Assembly: GCA_039683575.1 (NCBI GenBank)
Contig: JBDKRC010000137.1
Location: forward strand, 1 to 64,000
Reading direction: 5' to 3'
DNA length: 64,000 nucleotides
Source: Armatimonadia bacterium
GTDB lineage: Bacteria > Armatimonadota > Zipacnadia > Zipacnadales > UBA11051
The notes beneath the pieces are model-generated. The model saw only the letters and a program-made list of their open reading frames with translations. It ran no database searches and was not told where the DNA came from. Made by a program: the position numbers and the translations under genes. This document shows positions 31,147 through 42,065 of the stretch, piece after piece; positions within the stretch are counted from its first letter, which is position 1; each line of letters begins with the position of its first letter.

Positions 31147-31584
31147 CTACTCCACCACAACCTCAACCTTCCGCGGTGCCGCCTCTGCCAACCTCGGTAT
31201 CCGCACCTCAAGCTCCCCCTGACGCAGCTTCGCCGACACTTGCGACAGATCCGCCTCGTCCGGCAGTGGGATCGTGCGGCTGAACGTCCCGTAGGTCCGT
31301 TCCCGCCGCAATACCACCGGGTTCTCGTCCCCCTCTTCCATCTGCTTCGTGCCGCTGATGACCAGCGCCCCGCGCTCCACCTGCACCTCCACGTCGTCCT
31401 TCGCCACCCCCGGCAGGTCCACCAGGACCACCAGCCCCCGCTCGTCGCTCATCAAATCAACCACCGGCGCCAGCATCCCCGCCGGCCTGCACACCCGCTC
31501 CTGCTGCTGCGCCGCGCGGAAGGCCTGCTCCACCCTCGCCCGAAGCTCCCTGATCTCACGCCTCGTGTCCCAGTAGTAGGTCAT
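31147..31584 (-). CDS. Hsp20/alpha-crystallin small heat-shock protein
   Basis: PVVDL, DLPGV..DDVEV, ERTYGTFSRTIPLP, AKLRQGELEVRIP. Confidence 0.92.
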   Translation of the reverse strand: MTYYWDTRREIRELRARVEQAFRAAQQQERVCRPAGMLAPVVDLMSDERGLVVLVDLPGVAKDDVEVQVERGALVISGTKQMEEGDENPVVLRRERTYGTFSRTIPLPDEADLSQVSAKLRQGELEVRIPRLAEAAPRKVEVVVE

Positions 31585-31976
31585 CGCTGCTCCTCCCCCG
31601 CCTGCGCCTTCTTCACCCGCACAGTCAGCACCCCGTCACGCAAACTCGCCGACAGGACCCAGTTCCCCTCTGGCAGCGCCAGCGACCGCTGGAAGCGCCC
31701 TGCGAGCCTCTCGCGCCGGTGATACCGCCCCTCGCGCACCTTCCGTTCGCCGCTGATGCTGAGCGTGCTGCCCTCAAGCTCCACATTCACATCATCCCGC
31801 GCCACGCCCGGCAGTTCCACCGTCACCACCATGCCCTCCCCCAGCGCGACGATGTCCAGCGCCGGCATGAAGCCCATCCCTGCCTGCCCAGCCCCCGCCG
31901 CCTCGCTCTCCAGCGCGCGATAGAGCCGCCGCCGCAGGTCCAGCAGCGCGTCAAGTTGTTCGGTCATCCCCAGCAT
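31581..31976 (-). CDS. Hsp20/alpha-crystallin small heat-shock protein
   Basis: PALDI, ELPGV..DDV, ISGER, GRFQRSLALP, ASLRDGVLTV; ATGA overlap with the next gene. Confidence 0.92.
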   Translation of the reverse strand: MLGMTEQLDALLDLRRRLYRALESEAAGAGQAGMGFMPALDIVALGEGMVVTVELPGVARDDVNVELEGSTLSISGERKVREGRYHRRERLAGRFQRSLALPEGNWVLSASLRDGVLTVRVKKAQAGEEQR

Positions 31977-32016
31977 GGCCTGCTCCTTCAGCTAACTCTT
32001 CATCCGACCCGCGGGT

Positions 32017-32055
32017 GGGCCGGATACCGGCGATGAGACTGCCGGTATTCGGCCC
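32017..32055. other. Strong intergenic hairpin after dnaK (stabiliser or partial terminator)
   Basis: GGGCCGGATACCGGC-9 nt-GCCGGTATTCGGCCC; no clear U tract. Confidence 0.6.
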
Positions 32056-32069
32056 CTCCGTTCGTTCGC

Positions 32070-34031
<1,962 letters not shown>

Positions 34032-34047
34032 TCATTTACTGAAACCG

Positions 34048-34077
34048 AGTATAAGACTTGAGTGTATTACTGTCAAG
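34048..34077 (-). promoter_or_regulatory. Sigma-70 promoter of the dnaK operon overlapped by a HAIR (HspR) operator
   Basis: Minus strand TTGACA-N17-TATACT; plus strand CTTGAGT-N7-TGTCAAG (34057-34077) versus the HAIR consensus CTTGAGT-N7-ACTCAAG. Confidence 0.9.
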
Positions 34078-34159
34078 TGTCTGAACGAAATAATGTAGCG
34101 CTCTCCAGTCCCTTCCCTGCTTCTTTGTGACGAATACTTCCCCCCCGGGTTCTAACACT

Positions 34160-34183
34160 CGGGCAAGGATGCCCGCGCTCCAC
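34160..34183. repeat. Single REP-like hairpin
   Basis: CGGGCA-agga-TGCCCG-CGCTCCAC, similar in form to 1246-1269. Confidence 0.5.
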
Positions 34184-34231
34184 ACGGCAATAAGGCAGGT
34201 CCCACCCCCTCACACGCCGAACCCACACCCC

Positions 34232-36325
34232 ATGAACAACCTCCTGTGTCTTCTCGCCGCCGCGGTAGTCATCAGCCTGGCCGCGCCTGCCCGCGCCGCC
34301 ACCATTCGCGTGGACGTCAACTCCATGCCGCGCATCGTCTTCACCGGCGACTCCCAGACCTGCGGCCGCGTCGGCGCCCTCGACTATCCCCAGATGCTCT
34401 CGTGGGAAGTCCCCCTGAGGGTCTTCAACACTGGCGTCGGCGGCACCAGCATCACCCACCTGATCAGGGAGAAGAGCGGCGGCACAGCCACCCTCAAAGC
34501 CGGCGAGAAGGTTGCCCATGGCGAGAAGGTCGGCTGGGGCAGCGGCCCCTATCCCGGTCAGAAGATCCGCTTTGGGACGCAAAACTACGTCGTAGACCGC
34601 ATCGAGATGGTCGACTACAAGGCCGCGCTCTACAACGTCTACCTCACCGAGCCGGCCCGCGAGGACTTCACCGGCACCGACTTCTCCGTCGAAGAGGGCT
34701 GGCGCGTCCGCATTGCCGAGATCAAGCCCCAGTACGCCGTCTTCATGTACTCGGTGAACGATCCGAGCTGGACTTCCGAGCAGTTCAAGGGCTACCTCGC
34801 CGAGATCACCCGCCGCTGCCGCGAAAGCAACATCACCCCCATCTTCCTGAGCGGCTTCCCGCTCATGGAAGCCCCCAGCGGGGGCTCCCACCCCGGCACG
34901 AACGACAATGTGCTCAAGCGCCCCCAGGACATGCTCGAATTCTGCCAGGCCGAGAAGCTCGCCTTCGGCGACGTCTTCCGCACCCTCATGCTCCTCGACG
35001 AGCAGCGCACCTCGGTCTGGGTAGACACCGTCCACCCGACCACCGACGGCTCGCTGCCTGCCATCCAGGCGATGCGATACCTTCTCAAGCAACTGGGCGC
35101 GGTCAGCGGCCCGTTCGTCCGAGGCTACCGCGTGCCCGGTTCCGAACTGCCCTGCACCTTCGACAATCTCTCCCCCATCACGCCCAGCCAGCCCGACTAC
35201 AACGCCAGGAACGAGCCGAGGGACAACGAGTTCGATCTCGAGTCCATCCGCGTCCGCGACGAGTACGGGTTGCTGGCAACGGCTGACGGGCAATGCCTGA
35301 AGAGCGAGCAGCCGCTGGTGCTCGAATTCGGACAGCTTCCGGCGGGAATGCTCGACCAGGCCGCGGTCGAACTGGTGTCGCCGGAGCAAGTACTCGTCTC
35401 CTATTTCGATCCTGAGAAGAACCAGTGGGTGAAGCTCTGTGAGGGTAGTGGGAAGCTTCGCGGCGAGGTGCCTGCGAAGCTGGCGCAGACAGGGCTTTTG
35501 CGCGTAGCAGTGCAGGGCAAGCCCGTCCTGCTGGACTATGCAGGGCTTGAGTTGAAGGGTGATTTCCCCCCTCCGCCGCCCGCAGCCGCCACGCCGCAAC
35601 CCCTCATCTGGCCTGAGCCGGGCCGGTACGCATGGCCCGCGAGCGGCAACCTGATCGCCAACGGCGACCTGACCAGGGCCGCCAGTGGCACTCCCGACTG
35701 CTGGGTGAGGCGCGGAAACGCCGCCTACCAGCCAGCGGGCACGATTGCGAAGGGGACAGGGGATTTCAGAGAGGAGCGTCTCGACCAGTTCCAGGCCGCA
35801 GGGCAGGCCTTCAACAGTTCCGTTCGCCCCTTGGACATGGTAGTCATTGAGAAGGGCCCGGAGGGCGTCACCGGCAACTTTCTCATTCAGAGTATCATAG
35901 ATGACGAAACGCTGGACTTCCGCCGGTTTGCCAAGGCGCCAACCAATGGACTGGCCTTCACGGTCCAGCGCAAGTCAGGCCTTCCGGCGGTGCCAGGGGG
36001 TTGTCTGATTGAGACTGCATCGGGTGGCGAGTGGGAAACGCGGCTGGAACTTGCTCCCGGAACGTATGATCTGACCTTCTACCACCGTGTGTTTGACCCG
36101 ACCTCCATGACCGCCAGAAGCCGCCCAGACCGTGTGGCTAAGGTAGAGGTCCTCGACGCCAAGGGCAAAGTTCTGCACACTGCCGTCCCCCGGGAGTGCA
36201 GCTACTCCTGGCAGCGAGACAGCCTGAGCTTCGATCTGCCGAAGGCTCAGGCTGTCGTAATTCAGGCCACAACGGCTAGTCTCGTGAAGGTTCAGTACAC
36301 GGGCTTCGCCCTGCTCAAGCGGTAG
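34232..36325 (+). CDS. Secreted SGNH/GDSL hydrolase with accessory beta domains
   Basis: Signal peptide; FTGDSQT, GVGGT, YSVND, DTVHP catalytic blocks intact; C-terminal NLIANGD CBM-like start. Confidence 0.75.
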   Translation: MNNLLCLLAAAVVISLAAPARAATIRVDVNSMPRIVFTGDSQTCGRVGALDYPQMLSWEVPLRVFNTGVGGTSITHLIREKSGGTATLKAGEKVAHGEKVGWGSGPYPGQKIRFGTQNYVVDRIEMVDYKAALYNVYLTEPAREDFTGTDFSVEEGWRVRIAEIKPQYAVFMYSVNDPSWTSEQFKGYLAEITRRCRESNITPIFLSGFPLMEAPSGGSHPGTNDNVLKRPQDMLEFCQAEKLAFGDVFRTLMLLDEQRTSVWVDTVHPTTDGSLPAIQAMRYLLKQLGAVSGPFVRGYRVPGSELPCTFDNLSPITPSQPDYNARNEPRDNEFDLESIRVRDEYGLLATADGQCLKSEQPLVLEFGQLPAGMLDQAAVELVSPEQVLVSYFDPEKNQWVKLCEGSGKLRGEVPAKLAQTGLLRVAVQGKPVLLDYAGLELKGDFPPPPPAAATPQPLIWPEPGRYAWPASGNLIANGDLTRAASGTPDCWVRRGNAAYQPAGTIAKGTGDFREERLDQFQAAGQAFNSSVRPLDMVVIEKGPEGVTGNFLIQSIIDDETLDFRRFAKAPTNGLAFTVQRKSGLPAVPGGCLIETASGGEWETRLELAPGTYDLTFYHRVFDPTSMTARSRPDRVAKVEVLDAKGKVLHTAVPRECSYSWQRDSLSFDLPKAQAVVIQATTASLVKVQYTGFALLKR

Positions 36326-36328
36326 GGG

Positions 36329-39300
36329 TCACAGGCCCTTTGCGAAACTCTCGCAGATCGGCGCCGCGTGTGGCTCGGGAAACAGCAACTGCGGCGCCGG
36401 TTTGCCGTCTGCCAGTAGCTGCATCGTTCCGACGTTGCCCGCCAGGATGATCTCCCAGCACTGTCCCGCCTGCCCCACGGGAGCCAGCGTCAGGACCTGC
36501 TGCTGCTTCTCGGGCACAGCGACCGACACCAGGCGCTGCTTCCTGTCGGGCGAGGTCGCCTGCGCCGAAGGAATGTCTCCGTTGACGCCGCCGAACTCGA
36601 TCTTCATCTCGCGCGTGCCGGCAGGGATGTAGACGTAGTACTTCGCCCCATTCGCCGGCACCAGCCGTCCCGCCAGGGGGAACGCTGACGGCAGCTTCGG
36701 CGTCACGGTCACCGGATCGCAAACCCGCCCCATACTGCCCTCAGCGGCCACTGTGAAGCGGTAGAGGCCCGTCTGACCGTCCGCGGGCACCTTCAGCGAT
36801 AGCACCTTCTCGCCTTTCGGGTACGTCTCATCGTGTTGCGCCACCTGCTTGCCATCCGGCGCCACGGCCGTCAGCGAATAGGTGCGGGTCTCGTAGGTAT
36901 GCGTGGTCGGGAAGCTGACGCTGAACTCCTGGTCCTTGTCTTCGAGGACCCAGAAGTCCACCGTCTCAATCTTCCTGGTCTTACCATCCACCTCCGGGCG
37001 AGTCCGAGTGAAGAGTAGCTGATAACCCGGCACTCCCACCATCAGCGGGTCTGGGGCCACCGGCTTGCCATACTCCGCCAGCGCTTTCATGAAAGCCGGG
37101 AGCCGCTGGATGATGTAGCCTCCCAACGACACCTGCCCCGACTGCATGAACCCCGCCAGCAGCGGGTCATCCCCGGCATAGACCGACGCGACCGCCTTGT
37201 CACACTCCCACACGCCGCGCCCCAGATACTTCGGGTCCTTCGTCACGAGGTAGGCATAGGCGAGGATGTTCATGTACTCCCGCGTCCCCCACAGCGACGA
37301 CATGTCGCCATAGCCTTCCATATAAGAGTCCGTCCACGCCACCAGCGCCTTCTTCGCCGCCTCGCTGTGGGTCAGGTCCCAGTACCGCTCGATCCACGGC
37401 GCATAGTTCTCCCATTCGGGGAACGAGCCCAGCGGCGTGACCTTGTCCTTGTAGTGCGGCCAGTATGACAGTACATGGGCGGAGTACTTGACCGTCCCGT
37501 CCACATTCTGCACCTTGGTCGTCAGGTGGGTGAAGAACGCCTCGATGATCGGCCGGTAGCTCTCATCCCAGGTGTCGGTGTACAGGTCAATGAGCGCTGA
37601 CATCGTCCCCGTGCCGGAGCGGCTCCCGAAGGGCGCGGTGTACTTCGCCTTCACCGCCTCGCCCCAGTCCTTGGCGACCTCAAGCCCCACCTGTCCCCTG
37701 TCATGTGCCAGTACCACAGCGCGAAGTCCGTCATAGAGTTGTAGTCGGTCAGCCGATTGCCCGAATGCCAGTGCACGATGCCCTTGTAGTCGTTCAAGGC
37801 GCCCTTCAGCTTGCCCTGGGGGTACTCCAGCGCCTCGAACTCGGGCGTGCTGTAGTGGCAGAAGTCCACATCGAGCACGTGCCGGGTGTTGCGGATGGCA
37901 TAGTCCAGGTACTTTGTATCTCCTGAGCGCAGGTACAGCAGCCACGGCACCCGCGGCGCCCCGTGGTGGGTGTTGCGCCAGCAGCGGTAGGCATCGCTCC
38001 ACCGGCGCTTGCCCATGTCCCACGAGGTGTGGCTGTCTCCATAGTTCCACAGGCCATAGTCGCGCGTGAAAGCCTGCATGCGTCGCTCAGCATCGAAGTT
38101 GTCTGAGATCAGCTTCTCATACTTCGGAAACAGATCGGGGCTATAGGGCTGCATGGCCCCAAAGACGCCGGAGTCGCACATCCACTTCACATCGGCGAGC
38201 GCCGCAGGCGGATTCTGCCGTACGCGAGCCGTAATGAGGTCCACCTGCGTGCCGGGAGCGCTGAAGGTGAGCCAGAATTCGTGGGTCTTGGCGACGCCCA
38301 TCCCATTGGCGTTTTTGGAGGACCGCAGGTAGCGGTAGTCGTTGTCGCTCAAGCCCTCCTGGTGGCTGTAGAAGGCCTCTGGAGCCTGGAAATCGAGCAC
38401 CTCACCCTCATGGGCATACCAGGCATATTGCAGATTCGCGTCCTCGATCTTCCGGTCGGGGTTCTTGACGCCATGGGCCGGCCAGACGTGGAAATTCAGG
38501 CTCGTAGGGGTGACAGTGAACTCCTTGGGAAAGAGTTGGCGGAAGTCGCGCACCTGCAGCGTGCAGTTGGCCCTGGGGCCCGTAGTCGTCACCAGACCCA
38601 GTGGCTGTGCGGACGGGCCACACGGGCCGGAGAGCAGTTTGAACTTGTCGAAGTCATACTGCACGAGCCCCACGGGATTGTCGCCCACCGCTGCCTCAAG
38701 CGCTTTGCCATCCTCCATCACAAATCCCGCCCGCGTGCTCTCTACGGGCACTGAGAAGCCGATATCGCGGAATCGCAGCTTCCGGGAGTCCTCGGTCATG
38801 AGCCACGTATACATGACCCGCACGGTGGGCTGCCCGGCATAGAAATGGTACCGGATGATGAACTGGCACTTGCGGTCACCAGTGTCGCTGACATACCAGC
38901 CGCGGGTGGCAACAACCGTCCGCAGCGGCCCCTCTTCCTCGACTTGGACGGACGGCTTGTCGTCCCTTGAGGCACGGAAGATCTGTCCGCCATCGGTGAC
39001 GAAATACGCTCCAGAAGTGGGGTCAATTGCACAAACGGAGTTAACCGATGTAACGATTTGGCCGATTCCTGAGCACCTCGTTCTGCTCATTGAAACCTGC
39101 ATCGGCCCGGTATCAATGTCAACCAAATCCGCCGTCTGCTTCACCCGTAAAGCCTTCGCCACCGGCGCCCGTCTGACACCCTCGCCGAACTCCAACCCCA
39201 GCTTCCTCCCGGTCGCCGAGAGGTCGCTCTGGAAGTCGAGCAGCAGCCATCTGACGGACCCATCCCGGTGCTTGCCGGTACAGAGGGCCTGCAGCGGCAG

Positions 39301-39495
39301 TTCCCGCCCCTGCTCGTCCAGCAGACGCACGTTGTCCGCGGATTTGAGGGCACCCTCGGGAAAGGGCACCCCGGTGGTCACCGGCCACGCGGTGACAGCT
39401 TGCCCGGCGGGGTTGCTGACGTTGAGGTCTATTCTCGCCGCAAACGTGCCAGCAGCCAGCAGGAGCGCGCTCAGGAAGCAGGTCAGGCGGATCAT
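36329..39495 (-). pseudogene. YetA/exo-rhamnogalacturonan-lyase-like large secreted protein, split by a single-base frameshift (possibly sequencing error)
   Basis: WPVTTGVPFPEGAL, DGSVRWLLLDF, EEEGPLR, GVAKTHE, YGLWNYGD; ORFs 37651-39600 and 36329-38050 join if the C4 run at 37685-37688 is C5. Confidence 0.75.
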
Positions 39496-39520
39496 CCGGA
39501 TACTACCTCGCGACGTGGTA

Positions 39521-42038
39521 TTACAGCGTTGGCATCTCGGCTGGGGCCAGGGGCGCGGTCTTGAGCGCCTCGGCCATCTCCCGCCGCCAGCGGTATACAT
39601 CCGCCGGATCGCTGGTGTATTCGGTCATACTCCTGCAGAGCGAGGAGGGCACGCTGAGGGCCGCTTTGGCCCTCTCAAGCCATTTTGCGTCCGCGGCGGG
39701 GCCGGCTTCGACGCTGGCAATGGCCTTCTCAAGCAGCCGCGCGTAGGCGTAATCTTCCAGCCCGTCGCGGAAGTTCTCGAGGCGGATGGTGGGCAGCGGC
39801 GTGCCGTCGGGCCCGGCGCAGAGCCATGAGCCATCGCCGTGGTAGGTGGTCCAACTCCGCGGGTCCCAGTCGGTGAAGGGCCCGCCGGTGATGGGCTTTT
39901 GGGAGTTCCAGATGCTGGTCTGGTAGTAGAGGAAGCCGTCGGGCCGGTACTTGGCCGTCTGCGCCCCCATCAGCACCCGGCCCTCGATGGCGGGGTACTC
40001 AACGAACATATTAGCGAAGGGGTGGTGCGGACCGCAGCAGATGTACCACCAGACCTGCTGGCCCTTGGCCCGCACCTGGTCGGCCAGCGCCCGATCATAC
40101 TTGGGCGTCAGCGGGCAGAAGGCGTCCATGGACTTGATGACCGAGTTGGTGCCGAAGCTGTGGTCATACGTCGTGGTCATCACCGCCACACCGGGGCATT
40201 CCTGCTTGAAGACCTCCGCCGCGCGCTGGACACCCGGGAAGAGCTCGGCAGGGTTCTCGTCGCAACCATAGATATAGGCATGGTCGAGGAGGCCGAGAGC
40301 CTTGGTCTGCTCGTAGGCCGCCTTGATGCGGGCGAGGGTCTTCTCGCGCCAGACTTCCTGCTCGGCTGGCTTGTCGCCGAGAATGGCGTAGTAGCCCAGG
40401 TTGAAGCGCCCAAGCTGCCCGCGCTCGTGCAGGCGCTTCAGAATCTCGAAGTCGGGACTGCCGCTGTGGTAGAGGCTGTCGTAGGTCAGGTAGTAATCGG
40501 CCAGGAAGTCGCCCCACTGCAGGCGGTGCTTCTTCCAGGCGTTCATCGGGTAGTCTTCGGACTTGCGCCATTCGGCCTGCTGAGCCTTCGTCAGTTCGGT
40601 CGGATGGTCGTGAGGCGAGAAGGTAACCGCCAGGTCCAGCGGGGAGCGATCGGGCAAGGTGAAGGGATATACCTCAACGCGCAGGTTAAAGGCGTAGAGG
40701 GGGTTTGCCGGCGGCAAGGACCTCCAGCTTGCCGCGGTAGACGCCGGGCTGCTGGTCTTTCGGGGCGCGGAAGCGAACCCAGAAGGCCTGTGCGTCGCCG
40801 GGTTGCACGTCAGCGGCATCCATGAAGTCGAGTATCGGGTCGGGCCACCAGCCGATGTGAGAGGTACCGTAGGGCGGCCGGGCCTTGGTCTCGACGTAGC
40901 CCACTGGTACAGGCTCGATGTAGCGGTCCGCAAAGGCGGCACCCCCGGGAATCTGCAGGTCGCGCACCCGCACCTGAACCCGCTTGAGTGGTTGCTCGCA
41001 GGGCAGCACAACGACCTGGAGCGATTCCTTCTCGTTGCGTGCGAGCGCCAAAGAGGCATCGGGAGCGAGGCGGAAGGTCGGCGGAACCCCGCGCGGCAGG
41101 ACCTTCTCCATTGAGGTGGCAAAGCCGACGACAACATCGCTGGGACCGGCCTGCGTGGTCTGTGTCTGCAGGCGCACCGGCTCGAATTCGGCGCGCAAGG
41201 CGCTGCGGGCTTTGACGGTGGCAATCTCGGACTGCAGGTTCAGGCTGAGTTCATCGCCTTTGAGCATGGCAGGATCTCCCTGCGCGACGAGTTTGGCAAA
41301 CTGCTCGACCTGCCGCTCGCAGTCGGCCAGGCGGGCGTTGGCCCAGGCGGCTACGCGGGGCAGCCGGGAAACGGTGTCGCGCACGCTATCACGAGCTTCC
41401 TGCAGCATCTGCCGGAGCAGCGGAAGGTGGCGCTCCTGCAGAGCTGCGAACTGCCTGATGTAGTCGGCAGACACTTCGGGAGCTTTCTCACCTGGCTTGA
41501 GAAGCTGCAGCGCGTCCAGGCAGATCTCCATGTCGCCGACGGGGCGCTGAGTGAAGAAGTGCAGGATGGAGATGTCCTTCGCATCGACGTTCTGCGTCGC
41601 CAAGCCCGCCAGAGGCACCTGCACTGGCACGTAACTGTTGGCCGGAATGGTTACGTTGAAGCTCAAGCCCTTACGGACGGGCAGCTTCGAGTCGGAGATG
41701 AAGAGACTCAGGCCGTGGTTGTAGGGGGTGGGGTTGGTGACCGCAAAGAAGAGGCGGTCATAGCCCGTCCAGTCTTTGAGGGCGGGGTTAGCCTCGACTG
41801 CCGGCCATTCGCCCATGCCCTGTTTCCACTGCGGCGTCCGCAGGCATAGCGCGTGCGTCCCCGAGGTCGCGAAGCGGGCCTCGCACGCGACGGGGAAGCT
41901 GCGGTTGGTCGTGCGGCCCTCATCATGCCACGCTTTGACGTCGGCCTCATTCTCGAAGTCAAAGAGCATGGTGCCCGCCTGACCCGGCAGGGCCGAGAGC
42001 AGGCACAATGCGGCCAGCCATAGGACGATGTGTTTCAC
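39521..42038 (-). pseudogene. DUF4091/GH123-like glycoside hydrolase with N-terminal CBM-like domain, split by a single-base frameshift (possibly sequencing error)
   Basis: LARNEKESLQ, WWPDPI, YGCDE, WWYICC, GFLYY, GDG, IRLENFRDGLEDY; ORFs join if the G5 run at 40699-40703 is G4. Confidence 0.78.
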
Positions 42039-42065
42039 GGTGATCACCTCGAAGGATAGTTCGCG

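Noticed and set aside
34073-35599. 508-aa minus-strand ORF upstream of dnaK
   Set aside because: Shadow of the SGNH gene; its stop falls within the dnaK promoter and it has no family motifs.
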